Positions 1 to 13,164 of a stretch of 64,000 bases of DNA are shown piece after piece. This DNA comes from the human T2T-CHM13v2.0 reference genome, Homo sapiens. Under the pieces are notes generated by a model. That model was not told the DNA's origin. It saw nothing but the letters and a program-made list of their open reading frames with translations, and did no database searches. A program made the translations under genes and the position numbers. The DNA is taken from NCBI RefSeq assembly GCF_009914755.1, contig NC_060935.1. One strand, given 5' to 3'. The stretch's first letter is position 1. The number at the start of each line of letters is the position of its first letter.

Positions 1-689
1 ATGATCTACGTAAAATAGTTATTTCCAAAACAGAATTACAATTACCTGGTAGGAAATAAGGATGGGGCAAAAATACAGCTTTCCAGGCCCCATCCATGAA
101 GATTCTCATCCAGTAGGGTTTACATCCCTGAAGTCAGGTTTACTCTTGGACTGCATATTTACATAAGCTTATAAATGATCTTTTTTTCTGCCTTAAACCA
201 GTTTGTGTCAGATGTGTGATTGTGTGCAACCAATAGTATTAACTAAATCCTTTCAACACTATTTTTATATTGGCACTTCTTCCCACCAGTCAACATCTTT
301 GGGGGGCAGAGATCATGTGTGTTTCCATCTTTGGTATCTAGTGCATGCAAATATTTGGAAATTGATTGTTGAACCAGTTTGCCCTTGCTGAATACAATGA
401 CCTTTCCCTCCCCTGGAGGATATCTAATAGGTAACTTTAGTCATTTGAAACCAGGATGTAAACAACAAAGGTTTCCAAACAAGCGAACATAATTTTTATA
501 GCATCAATTCACTAAAGCTTGTACAGTTTACATATAAAAGTCTCTTACATGTCCTCACCTGTGGCCTATATTCTCTTAACCCAGGCATAATTCTACAATG
601 TTGTTTTGTGTGTGTGTTTGTTCTTTGGTGACAGGAAAGAAAAGGTTAAAGGCAGGTCCACCAGGAGCAGTGACAGAAGGCAGTAGCAA

Positions 690-1215
690 GAGGAGGTGGT
701 GGCTTCTCAGTTCCATACAGTTGTCCAGGGACCCAGGTTTTCTCTTTTGCTGCCAGGCTCTTCTGTAGCTGTTGCCCGCCTCTACACAGCGCTAACACCA
801 TGTTAGCATCCCAGCCGTGGAAAGCGGGAACAAGGAAACAGAGGGAAAGCAAATCGATTTGTTTTTTTAATTGGGACAGGGTCTCACTGTGTTGTTTAGG
901 CTGTTCTTGAACTCCTGGGCTCAAGCAATCCTCCTGCCTCGGCCTCCCAAAGTGCTGGGATTACAGGCGTGAACCTCTATGCCCAGCCAAAGCAAATCTG
1001 TTCTGTGGAAGTGACATGAAAGTTGTATATATTACTTCTACTCACATTCCATTGGTAAAAACTAAGTCACACATTCATATCAAGCTACAGGGAGGGCTGG
1101 AAAATATTGTTTGTAGTAGGAAAGGCATGTATGTGCTCTACTGAAGTTCAGTGGGGAGTCTATTACTAAAAGGAAGAAGGGGAGAATGGTTCCTAGGGAC
1201 CACTAACTAGAAGTC
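690..1215. mobile_element. Old MaLR LTR fragment (MLT1J/K-like), interrupted by a FLAM
   Basis: MLT1-type motifs such as 'acttctactcacattccattgg...aagctacagggagggctggaaaat'. Boundaries approximate. Confidence 0.55.
856..988 (-). mobile_element. FLAM / Alu left monomer
   Basis: Antisense Alu monomer 'gggtctcactgtgttg...ctcccaaagtgctgggattacagg'. Exact 10-bp TSD AAAGCAAATC at 846-855 and 989-998. Confidence 0.9.
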
Positions 1216-2711
1216 TAAATATAATACTCATTTTCTGTTGAAGTGCTTAGCCCGTAGTGGGTGATCAGAAACTGTGAGCTGTTTTTATTGGCACGTGTGG
1301 TTTCCATTTCTGCTTTTGTGGCAACTTCCTTACTTTTAGAGCTGAATATAGGATTTCAGAGACCAGGTTCAGAACCATGGAAACATTACAGATCTTCTTC
1401 CAACTCCATACAACTCTGACTTCCTTAGCCAGCCAGGAAGTTGGCTTGTGATCTGGTGATCTGGTCCAGCACTATATAGAACTAATGGGTCTCCATAATT
1501 TGTCTTGGCCCCTCTCCTTTCATATCCCATTTACTGACTTCTGCCATCATTGTAATGATGCTTCTTGGGATGGCAGAGAAGGAATCTCATTCCATCTCCT
1601 CCAGCCAACAGTTCCATATTCCAGGTATAGTTAATACTTTTGCTTTTCCATTTTGATTACAGAGATTTAAATATCTACCTGTTTCCCTACTAGATTGTGA
1701 ATTCCTTGATGACTACAACCACCATTTATAATTCTTTGCATCTCTATACCTGGGAAAGTGCCTGGCACTTAGAATTAACTCAGTTTCTTGAATTAAATAT
1801 AATTGTGGTTCAAATTTGTGCATAACCTTCCAAGGAGTGGAATTAATTGAAACTAAATTTGGTACATTGTTAAAAGGGCACAAAATGGCTTCAAGTCAGA
1901 TTTTTAACTCAGTCAGCTATCTTAAAACAAGATCTCTTATCTTCTGAAAGCAGATGTTAATGACCTTACACATGGATTTTAAAAAGGAGGTGAATATAAA
2001 ATTCATTATTTTTCAGTTAATCCCATTGCTTCACAAACTTATTCGTAATATTCTGCACAACATTTAATGTTCATGATTGCCCCAAAGAACTCTTTAAATT
2101 CATATTGCTGCTAGTAATATTTGTAAGCACTTCAACTCTATCATTATTATTATTATTTGCAGCAAAGGAGAATTATGGGGATCATTTATTTCTTCCTGGT
2201 CTGCATACTCATCACTCTGCTTATGTGCCCTGAACTCTGGGCCTTTGCTCAGCAGTTTCCTCTGCTTCCAGCATCTGCCAGTTGAAGCCCTGTCTGTCCT
2301 TTACAATTCCACTCAAACACTACCTCCTCCAATGAGCCTTCCGAGAGTGCCAACCAGCAGCTTACCCTCCCTCCCTGATGCCCACAAACTCTGCTATTTT
2401 TATCTCTCCTATTCACTTTTATTGCACTTTTGAAAATCTCTCCTATTGTGCAAAGAGGCTCATAAAAGTGAACACCTTTAAATCCAGATAGTCTGGACTC
2501 TCTACCAGTGAGTGACTTTGAGCATTTTATGTGACCTCTTTAAGCCTCACCATCCTCATGGATAAAACTGAGATCCTAACATCACTTCTCACGTTGTTTT
2601 TTGCTGGATTTATTTATTTATTTAAAATGCATTATAGCATACACTTACCACCTACGTGCCAGGTGCTGTTCTAAGCACTTTATAAATGCTAAGTCATTTA
2701 GCCTCACGAGC

Positions 2712-3246
2712 TATCATGCCATTTTGCTCAGCTCCAGATCTAGCTTTTTCTGCTCTGGCTTATGGCTGAAGCTTGGGCCCTATAAACCCATTCTTTGGCA
2801 GCAGGGTTCTTGTTCATTTCTGCCAATAGGGGGCACTAAAGGGAGACTGAGGGCTGGAGAGGGGAAATGTTCTCCTTTCTGTTTGCTCGCTGTTGGTTCC
2901 CTGCAGCATCCGCCCAGCAACAGCCATTTACCCGGCATCAGCCATTGGGCCCAGCCTCCAGCCCCTTTTCACAGCCTAGAATCAGGCTTCCCAGGCTTCC
3001 GCAGACTTAGCAGCAAGTCTTTTTCACCTCAGGTCCAGCTTCTGATGGTGCAACCACTTCCCTTTGTTCCTCCAACCCTGGAGATGAAACCTGCATGCTC
3101 CGGTTACCATCTGTGATTGCCTCAGCACTCCTTTTCTTCTCATCCAGCCCTGCAGCACCTGGGAAACCAGTTCTTTATATTAACTTCCTGTTGTTGAGAT
3201 ATACTTTGTGTGGTTCTGTCTCCTCAACTGGACCCATCTGTTATAG
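2712..3246 (+). mobile_element. ERVL solo LTR (LTR33-family-like) inserted in a MIR
   Basis: 3' end 'aaccagttctttatattaacttcctg...ggttctgtctcctcaactggaccc' resembles LTR33. MIR sequence lies on both sides (~2630-2711 and ~3247-3340). Confidence 0.6.
2820..2838 (+). promoter_or_regulatory. CTCF-like motif inside the LTR
   Basis: CTGCCAATAGGGGGCACTA matches the core CCASYAGRKGGCRS except at the S position. Motif only, binding not shown. Confidence 0.35.
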
Positions 3247-5687
3247 ATTGGTACCATTATTATCCTCATTTTACACATAAACAAAATCCAGGAAAATTAA
3301 ATAACTCACCTGAAGTGGGCTGGGATTTAAACCCAGGCTCAGGTGCCATGGTGGTCCCAGGACACTAAGGGCTCGTGTTTGGTCAGGCCTGCTGCATGGC
3401 CAGCACTCAATGAACAGTGGTTCTCTGATCTCCAATCGTCATCCTCATCACCACTCTTCAACCTTTCATCCTACCCAACACCTAGGACAGGGTGTGTGCA
3501 ATCAATGCCTACTGAATTGAGTCTGATTACCTAAATATGGGAGGACTGTGGCATAGAAGGGGCTTGAGTTAAAAAAGGGCATGGGGGAGCCAAATGGGGC
3601 CACGAAGCTTCTGCATCCTGTCCTTCTGACTCTTCCTTTGGAGTTGTTTCCAAGGTAACTGATTCTCCCTCTCTTCTTGACCTGCTCCCTACCTCCCTGC
3701 CACGCTTTCCCTGTCCTACACTTTGGCTTGTTGACTTCTGTTTTTCTATTAAGTAGGAATAAACAGTTCTCTGACATTCTGAGAATATCAAAAGCAAAAA
3801 TAAAGGGGCCATTTTGTTGGGTAGCAGAAAACACGTTTCTTATTTCTCTGTTGCATTACATCCTATTTCTCTATTCTTCTGTTGCATTGTCATAACTTTT
3901 AATACCCAATTTTAACAAGAAAACATCTTTTAAATAACCACATTCCTAAGAGAGGTGGTCCACGGAGTTCAGTTACCCCTGCAGAGTGTTATCACAAAAT
4001 CACCTTGAAATGTTTGTTTATAAACTATTTCAAGTAGTGGTTGCACCAAACATAATTGCTTCCAGAGAGAAGGACACAATAGACTGCATTACTCCTCAGA
4101 AACCCTGGCTGATTCTCATTTAGTCTGAAGCTAACTCTTAAGGCCCACTTATGTTCCTAGCCTGGCCAGCTCTTATTTTCATGGCTGCTTTAGTCACAAT
4201 TTACAATCCATTTTAGACATGCCCCCACTTCTACCACGTAGTAGGAGTTCCAAGAAGGAAGTGTTATCCTCAGTGACCAGGGAGAGAACTAGTAACCAGT
4301 GCTTTTTGTGTATTTTGCGGGCCTCCACATTTCCCAGAAGTTGTTTTAAAAAATCTATTTTCTGCCCCTCCTGAAACACTCTATTCAAGAACTCAGTCCT
4401 CTGATGGCTACCGCACCATTTCTTCATTATGCCCTGGGTTCCTTGGCCGCCTCCTGCCTCACATAGAAGTTAGACAAAAAGGCAACTTTTAGAAAAAGGC
4501 AAGATGTGGAAACAGAAAGCCATGGCAGCAGCTGCTGAGCTAAGCAGCTGATAAGGGGGAACAAATTTGTGCCCTTAGTGTTTGTTTGGAGGTCAGGGTG
4601 GTGGCCCAGCAGGATAGGGGGAAAGCTCTTTGTCTACGGTGTGATTTGCCCATCTGGCCTATTCAGCATCCCCTGGACCAGCTGACCCCTGTCACCAGCT
4701 TCACTAGCTCCTTCATGGGCTCCAAGCTTGTTAAGCTGTAATGAGCATATCCTTGAGTTTCCTAATTAACTTTGCAACAGTCCTGACACACTTCCATAAT
4801 GGGAAACAAAAATATTAATAGTTTTCCCCGTTGACAATCATTTCTTGGTGGGACAAAAATCATCAGTAATCTGGAGGAATCCTGGGATTCTTACTAGAGT
4901 TTAGGTTATTTTTGATTTAAGTGTTTTTAAACTGTGTTTTCTATGCATATAATTGGTGAGATGAAGACAGGCTGTTCCCAGTGCATTTGGGTTCTCTTCA
5001 GCTCTTCATCACCTCAGTGGTTTTTGTTTTCCCTTCTCACAGATTTAGCTACTTGACTCCCCCTCTCAGTCTGCATTTAGCCTCTAATCCCTTGGCCTGA
5101 TTCACTGAGGATTCCCCCAAAGAGATGTAATTTGTTTCCTTTGCGTATTCACAGGTTTTGAGCTTCAGCTTGTGTAGTTTGTTATTGTAATGGATGTTAT
5201 CTGTGTCATCAAGCAGCCCACAGAGCAGGCATTCACTCAGCTGTGGAACCGAGCAAAGATTTTGACCACAAAGCTAATGTTTTTCCCTCCAGGTCATACC
5301 AATTGTTCACCAGAGGCACCTTATTTTCAGGAATACTTGCGCTTCTAAGAGCAGGTGGATTTAGTTCTCCTTAGCTTGAATTTTGGGTTTAGTATCAAAT
5401 CTAAAATACTGACTCACAAAGGGTAAAAACTGGAGACTGATTAAGCAGCATACAGATGATATGGAGTGGAGAGATATCTTTTTGCTTTTCAGGCATTGTA
5501 ATTAGCTACACACTTTATTAATTTATTTGTATTTTTTACAGGCTTGACACTGCTGTTGCAAAGCAGATTTTGAGATCTGAGCTCCAGCAGCATGTTATTT
5601 AACACTTTAATTTGCACAAGGCTATAAACCGAGGTTGCCATTTAAGGTTGTCGGCTCTGATTTTTGCCAGTATAAATTTCATGTTCT

Positions 5688-5951
5688 GGCCGGGCATGGT
5701 GGCTCACACCTGTAATCCCAGCACTTGGGGAGGCCAAGGCAGGCGGATCACTTGAGTTCAGGAGTTTGAGACCAGCCTGGGCAAAACCCCATCTCTACAA
5801 AAAATACATCTGTAGTCCCAGCCATTCAGGAGGCTGAGGTGGGAGGATCACTTGAGCCTGGGAGATGGAGGTTGCAGGGACTCAAGATCGCACCACCACA
5901 CTGCAGCCTGGGTGACAGAGCAAGACCCTGTCTCAAAACAAACAAATAAAT
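5688..5951 (+). mobile_element. AluJ-type SINE with internal deletions
   Basis: Both Alu arms present with the start of the right arm missing. A-rich tail and degenerate TSD aattt(c/t)at(g/a)ttct. Confidence 0.9.
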
Positions 5952-5984
5952 AATTTTATATTCTTTGTATAGTAGCTAAGAGCT

Positions 5985-6195
5985 TTCTCTTTAAAGTCAG
6001 ATACATCTGGGTCTAGATCCCAACTCTGCCACTCACTAGCTGAGTGATCCTGGGGGATTTACTTGATTTCTCTGAAGTTCAGTTTTCTTATCTATAAAAT
6101 GAAGATAACAATAGTAGTATTTAGCTTATAAGGCTGTTGTGAGGATTAAGTGCCTAGCACATAGTAGATCTTTAGTAAATATTAAATATTACTAT
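5985..6195 (+). mobile_element. MIR SINE
   Basis: MIR core 'ctctgccactcactagctgagtgatcctggg...tctgaagttcagttttcttatctataaaatg...gttgtgaggattaa'. Confidence 0.8.
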
Positions 6196-6408
6196 TGCAA
6201 TACCTCCTCTGTATTCCCACAAAACAATTCTGGACATGTAATAATTGCTGAATAAACATTGATTAAAATGCACCTAAGTGAATTTTCAAAGGCCCAGGCT
6301 TCAAAGGCTTAATGTGAAATCTCTCTAAGGCAGGTTAATGCCCAGAGGTAGAGGCTGAATATTCATTGAGTTTCATTATATTTAAATTATCACAGTGCAT
6401 GCGGTTTA

Positions 6409-6410
<2 letters not shown>

Positions 6411-6460
<50 letters not shown>
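6411..6460. repeat. (CA)25 microsatellite
   Basis: Perfect dinucleotide run read directly. Confidence 0.97.
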
Positions 6461-6467
<7 letters not shown>

Positions 6468-8983
6468 AGATACAATGTCAGGTTCTATTAAAAAGGAAGT
6501 CAGGTGAAGGTGCCCTGGGCCCCACTCATCTCATGTTGCAGGTAGGTTTACTTGCACTACTGGCCTTTACTAGTTCTACCTCTACCACCTATCAAATACC
6601 AGGACCTCAGCTCACCCCAATTTTGTGCATATCTGGGAGTCCACCTAGCAGAGAGGCAAGTTTTCTATATAATCTGAGCTACAGGTGTAGCTCCTCTGCT
6701 CCCCTTTTGCTCACTGGGGCTGTGGCCACCTCTTTCAGCCCCCAGCACTGCTGGAATTCAGCTCAGATTCCCTCTTGTGGCCCTGGCCACCGTAACTTCT
6801 GAAGCCCTTTGGATAGCTGCTTCCCAGCTGGTGCTGCTTGAAACTCTGCTGTTTCTATAATACCTCTCTCTGCATTTCTGTGGTTCCTTACTCTTTGTCT
6901 CCTGATGTTGCAGGGTAAGGTAGAAAAGTCAGGAACTCCTTGTAACATGGTCCCTTTAGATTTACTACCCTCTCAGAAGAGGGCAGGTCCCCAGCAGAAT
7001 GGCATGGGCCTCTACAGATTCCGTTATTATATCTCTTTTCTTATCGGGGCATGCAAATGGTCCTGGGGAAAGACCAGACCAAAGTGGATTCCAGGACAAC
7101 CTCATACCATACTGTGAACTTCTGCTTTCTCCAGGGCCTGCTTCTAATGCTAGCCTATTCTGCAAACATTTTTTGTTTACTATGTTTTTTTCTGGAGGGG
7201 AGAGACTCTCCATCTCTGCATTCAAGCTTCAGTAGGCCCACCAGGTTTAGAAGACATACATGTCAGTCAATTGTAACGAGGCTCAAGTTCCTCTTCATGA
7301 GGCTCCAAGGCCCCCTGTAAATCAGTGATGTACCCAGATGCTCCATAGATATCCCTGACTACCCTGCCACATTTAAGATGTTTGTCTGCTCCAGGCACAT
7401 GGCAGACCTCTGGAGGAAGCTGTGTAATTCAGAAGATATCCATCCAAATCCAGGCTCTTAGACGGCCGAGATACTCTGCCACATATCTTTAAAAACATTT
7501 CATTTAACAAGATGTATGTGACAGAGATGAGGAGAGGAATGGAGTGTCTTCACAAATCAGAAGTATTGAATTTGAGCTTTCTAAAATTCCTCCTAATTAC
7601 AGGGTACATGAAATTACATAATTCTAAAGTTGGAAGGGATCTAGGTTTTATAATATATCAGTGATGCTGCCAAGAATAGAAACTTTGCTCCCTGAGAAGT
7701 TTTCCAGAGGCAGCGTGGCTCAGCAAGCCGGCAGTGGTGAGATACCTAATGAAATGGGGGGAAACCCCTTCCTTTCAGGAAGAAAACCATTAAAAAAGGA
7801 TGATTGTACTTGGCAGCCATATTTTTACCCTCTTATTTTTCAGCTTTTATCAAGCCTCTTGTTAAAAAGGACATGTTCTCCTTTATAAGAAGAATGTGAG
7901 AGACTGGATTGATAAACAGCCCATATTCTGAGCACTAGAGCTATCGTAAAGAGAAAGTTCATGGCAATTAATAGATTCTAAGAATTTTTTATCTAATCAC
8001 AAGAACTGACAAGCTCTAGCCAAGCCAAGAAGATAAAAATCCTAGAGAAAATAAGAAAGGATTTAAAATAAATGAGAGTTAGTAGAAAAGCTATCAAATT
8101 GGAACAGTATGTTTGCATTTGTAAAATCTTACTATTCTATATATAGAATATGACAGGATATTGAATGGGATTTTTCTTATTATCTCAGGATTTCAGCTAA
8201 AGCTGCAAGCTAAGGTTAATAGGTGGTACCCCACATTCTATAAAGAAACCAAGGAGCCACCAGACATGGTCTCCAGTGCTTTAAGGAGTGGCCAAAGGGA
8301 TCCTCCAACTCTCACCCCCACCACGCCATGAGCAGAAGGCTAGACCCCATGGCTGAGGAGAGTGTGTAAACAAAGAATGAATCCACCAAGGGGGTCACAC
8401 ATGGAGATGAGGTCTGCTCTAAGAGGGTACCCGGTGTCTCAGTCTCTGGCTAGAGGCTTAGCAAGCTGCCCAATTTGGGAGGGCCACCAGGATGGACTGC
8501 CATGAGGCAGCTCATGAGAGAGGCTGAACCATGGCCCTGGAGGTAGGGGATTCTGTAGGCAGAGGCGGACTAGAGAAGTCAGTGACTATGGGAAGAAAGA
8601 GAGCAGTTTCATGGTGGAGTGACCTCCTCCTCTTCACAATGGCTAGGGTGAGTGGAGATCCTTGAAAGCCAGGGAATACCATAGAAAGTAGCTGAGTCGT
8701 TTGAGGGTCTTGCACCCATGAGGGGGCCTGTTTGGGGGAGGAAGTTGTAGCAGTAAGAGGCTGTGGAACTTGTCACCCCAGCTGGAACCTGAGCAAAGGG
8801 TCACAAGAGGCCAGCCAGGGAGCTCTTTTCCTAAGCTGGGCCCCTTCAAGGGCATCCAAGAAAACCTGCTCTTGCACCCAACAACATAGCCAGCTTTGGG
8901 ACACTTGCCCACAGAGGGCATCAGCAGCCATGAGAGAACTAGAGCACAATCTAAATGAAAAGGTTTTTTGCCCTTTAGCCTCT

Positions 8984-9432
8984 TGAATTAATTTCCTAGG
9001 GCTGCTATAACAAATTATTATAAACTTGGTGGCTTTAAACATCAGAAATGTATTTTCACACAATTCTGGAGGCCATTCAAGGTGTTGGCTGGGCTGTTCT
9101 CTCTCTCTCAGAGCTCGAGGGGACAATCTGTTCCTCACCTCTTTCAGCTTTTGATGACTCCAGGTGTGTGTTGGCTTGTGGCAGCACCTGTCCAAATGAT
9201 CTCCACAGTCACATTGCCTCTTCCTCTTCTCTGTGAGCTTCTCTTATCTATGTTTCTTATAATAAGTCCCTATATTTAGGACCCTCCTGGATGATCCAGG
9301 ATAATCTCAACTCAAGATATTTAACTTCATTACTTCTGTAAAGATCTGTGTTTCCAAATACATTCACAATCACAGTTCCAGGAATTAGGATATGGACAGA
9401 TCTTTTTGGAGGTTACAATTCAACTGCCTACA
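8984..9432 (-). mobile_element. MaLR solo LTR (MLT1C/D-like)
   Basis: 'ttcctagggctgctataacaaatta...ggtggctttaaacatcagaaatgtatt...ttctggaggc' and end 'acaattcaactgcctaca'. Confidence 0.8.
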
Positions 9433-10039
9433 TTCCTATCCCCGTTTCCTCCTCCAACCATGTAGGAATCAGAATTAGCAGGATGAGGGGAAAGAGGAAG
9501 GAAGCACAGGTTGTGCCCCTCCCTCACGCCTAGGGAGGCTCCTCATTCCATGGGAAGCAGGCCCAAGCTTGGGAGAAGAAGCTCTGAACTGAATGTGAAA
9601 TTGGAACTTTACATCATACCTCACTAAACTTTCAAACTGAACTTTGAAGTTTTGAGATCTGCCTGAGATTTTCTCAAAGGTCATGAAGGGGAGACTGGAC
9701 CAAGCATAACTGAAGACAGTGATGGGAAAGGATAAGACAGACATTTCCTGTTGTATTCCATTGAGTTCAGTATATTCAATAAAATAGTTACACTAATATT
9801 AGTTAAAGCTTATGCTTTTCTAATATAAGAGATCTGGGTTTTTTTTTTAATAAGAAAAGCACAATTTAGAGGCGAAGCATGCTAATACGTATTTTCAGTG
9901 AACATCATATTAGGAAAGGACTAGCTGTTTGGAACAAATATCTATGGAAATCTAAACTATAAAATTGTATTAAATGCCAATCACTGAAGCGAGAAGAGTA
10001 AGAATATGCGGTTCTTTTAATAGCAGATACTCTTGTCCA

Positions 10040-10450
10040 CCTGCCTGACCACCAATTTCAGATGTGGACTGATAAGGAAAGTACAGTGGAACTATTACCT
10101 ACCTCAGTCCATCAAAATTCTAGTAATGCAGCCTCAAATCACCTCAAACTTGCAAGAGCTCTGTCACATTGCTGGCTACATTGAGTTATTAATGGAAACC
10201 CAAAGGTCAGATGAATAACTAATGAGGCAGCTGTCTATTTGAACAATTGACAATCTTTTTTTGGGATTACAAAAACTTTAAACTTAAATACCTCTATGTA
10301 CTTTTATTCCTTTTCACTGTAATTTTGTTTGTTTCAGCTCATGTTTTCAGCTTGTTGAAATCTTTATAACGTTGACTTTGTAATCCAATGTGTTAGTGGT
10401 CCCTCAGAGTTTTACATCGTACAACTAATTTGGTAAACTGGCCTTCTGGG
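10040..10450 (-). mobile_element. L3/CR1 LINE relic
   Basis: 'cagatgtggactgat...agtacagtggaactattacc...atgcagcct...gtcacattgctggct' resembles antisense CR1 3' region. Highly diverged. Confidence 0.55.
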
Positions 10451-11503
10451 CCTACATTACCAGGAACTTTGGAGACAGGACACAGTCAAAGGCAGTTGGT
10501 ACAGTATTCAGTCAGCCAAAATATCAACACTGGGAAGCCCTCATTTAGTAATTTTTGCAGCATCAGGCTTTTTAGAGAAAGAGAACACTAATAAAATAAG
10601 CTAATATAGAAGTCAGTAAGAAAAAAAACTACGTGGTAAGGATGGACTCAGTTGCATTCTACCCAATCTCTCCTTTCCCTTGTGCCCCTACAGTAGTTAT
10701 AGGTCTGCAAAGGGAGAATTCATCTTTACTTTAATAACTTTTAATCATTACAAGGAAAATATAAAAGAGTGGATAAATCTATTTTCAACAAGATGTGAAA
10801 ACCCTCAAAGATCCACTTAACCTCGAATTAACCGGAGAATAGGGTCATCTGTCCAGATAACCCTATTATCTATTTTTGGTATAATTAAGCTATTCTTTTC
10901 TATGCATTAAAGGATGGTTGGAGGTATGGTGGAAAGGGGGTTGTAGGGCAGAGAGAATTTAGTAGAAGGAAGAACTGACAAGAGAAGTAAGTAATATTAA
11001 AACATGAGGTTCAGAGATCAAGGAACTCTGAGCACAGGCATCTTAGATGTAGCTCATGGACCAGATACAATTCTTCTGAGAGAGAATTTTAGCCAAAACA
11101 AAAAATGCTATCTAATTAGATGACACATCTGAACTAGAAAGACAGAGTTCTATAATTCCCTGTTTGACTCTTCCATTTGTGGAAGTGTCACCCCAGCAGG
11201 CATGGATCAATTTATTAATCATTAGGAAGAAAGCGAATGCTATTGTCTAACTTGGAGGTGTTAAGATTTATTTTCATTAATGCTCTGTTATAATACCAGG
11301 GCTTTAAAAAGGATTACTGAGTACAAGAAACATAGATTTAAAGTAAGTTTTCCTATGCGTGTGTCTCATGCTTGGATCACATTCAATATCCATGTCAGGC
11401 ATGGATCCTCTTGACTTACTGTTGTTATTGGTGGATTATGTAGCTACATGAAAACCCCTGGATGCTTCTGCCCTGGATGTCCTGAGAGTGCCTTAATACT
11501 GGA

Positions 11504-11684
11504 GATATATATGTGTGTATGTGTGTGTGTGTATATCTGTATACACATATATACACATACATAATACATATATATACATATACACATGTATATATACGTG
11601 TATATGTGTCTATATACACACATATACACGTATATCTACATATATACACATATACATATATACGAATACATGTATATATACATA
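11504..11684. repeat. Complex (TA/CA/TG)n low-complexity block 1
   Basis: Read directly. Begins with the same sequence as block 2. Confidence 0.95.
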
Positions 11685-12002
11685 GCCTTTTCCAGCCAGT
11701 CATGGTTCCTCGGGAAGCCCAAAGCAGATTTGATCATAATCCTGCCTGGCTCATTAGGGCCAGAACATGGTAAACCCCGACAGGCAAATATACCTAAATG
11801 CTAAAGTTAATAAAGCAGAAAAGATGAGCATATAATGACTCCTAACTCTAAAACTTTGGTTGCTGCAATGGAAGGCACTGTGGGTTTTTCTATGCTGAAA
11901 AACCATGGACAACAATGATCTCTTAAGAGGTTCGAGGAGTTAGTTGGTTTTTAGCATACTATAAAAGCTTACGATGAAAGAAACCAAACCTTAATACTGG
12001 AA

Positions 12003-12428
12003 ATATATATGTGTGTATGTGTGTGTGTATATATCTGTATACACATATATACACACATATATAATATATATATACATGTATACGTGTATATATACACACA
12101 TATACACATACATATATACACATATACATATATACACATACACGTATATATACATATATACACATATACACGTATATATACATATATACATATATACACA
12201 TATACACGTATATATACATATATACACATACATGTATATATACATATATACACATATAAACATATATATACACATATACACATACACGTATATATACGTA
12301 TATACACATATACACATACACGTATATATACGTATATACACATATACACATACACGTATATGTACGTATATACACATATACGTATATATACGTATATATA
12401 CATGCTTGTGTATATATATACATATATG
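12003..12428. repeat. Complex (TA/CA/TG)n low-complexity block 2
   Basis: Read directly. Source of the Y/I/H/T-rich spurious ORFs. Confidence 0.95.
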
Positions 12429-12481
12429 AGAGGTTCAAGGACTTAGTTGGCTTTTAGGATACTATAAAAGCTTAGGATTAA

Positions 12482-13019
<538 letters not shown>

Positions 13020-13133
13020 AATACTGGATATATTTAACTCAAGTTTATCTATCACAATGAGATTACTGCTTATTTCTTGGGGCAAATATAAACAATTGTA
13101 CTTTGGAGCCAGGGTATTGAAAAGCTAACAAAC

Positions 13134-13164
<31 letters not shown>

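Noticed and set aside
2601-3116. 171-aa ORF
   Set aside because: Spans a MIR-LTR junction, begins at a non-ATG codon and has no domain resemblance.
5281-5360. Possible small exon (ttttccctccag ... CAG/gtggat), with similar acceptor-like sites near 5541, 27511 and 32970
   Set aside because: Such sites are expected by chance in 64 kb, the donors are weak and no consistent frame links them. A lncRNA cannot be excluded without RNA data.
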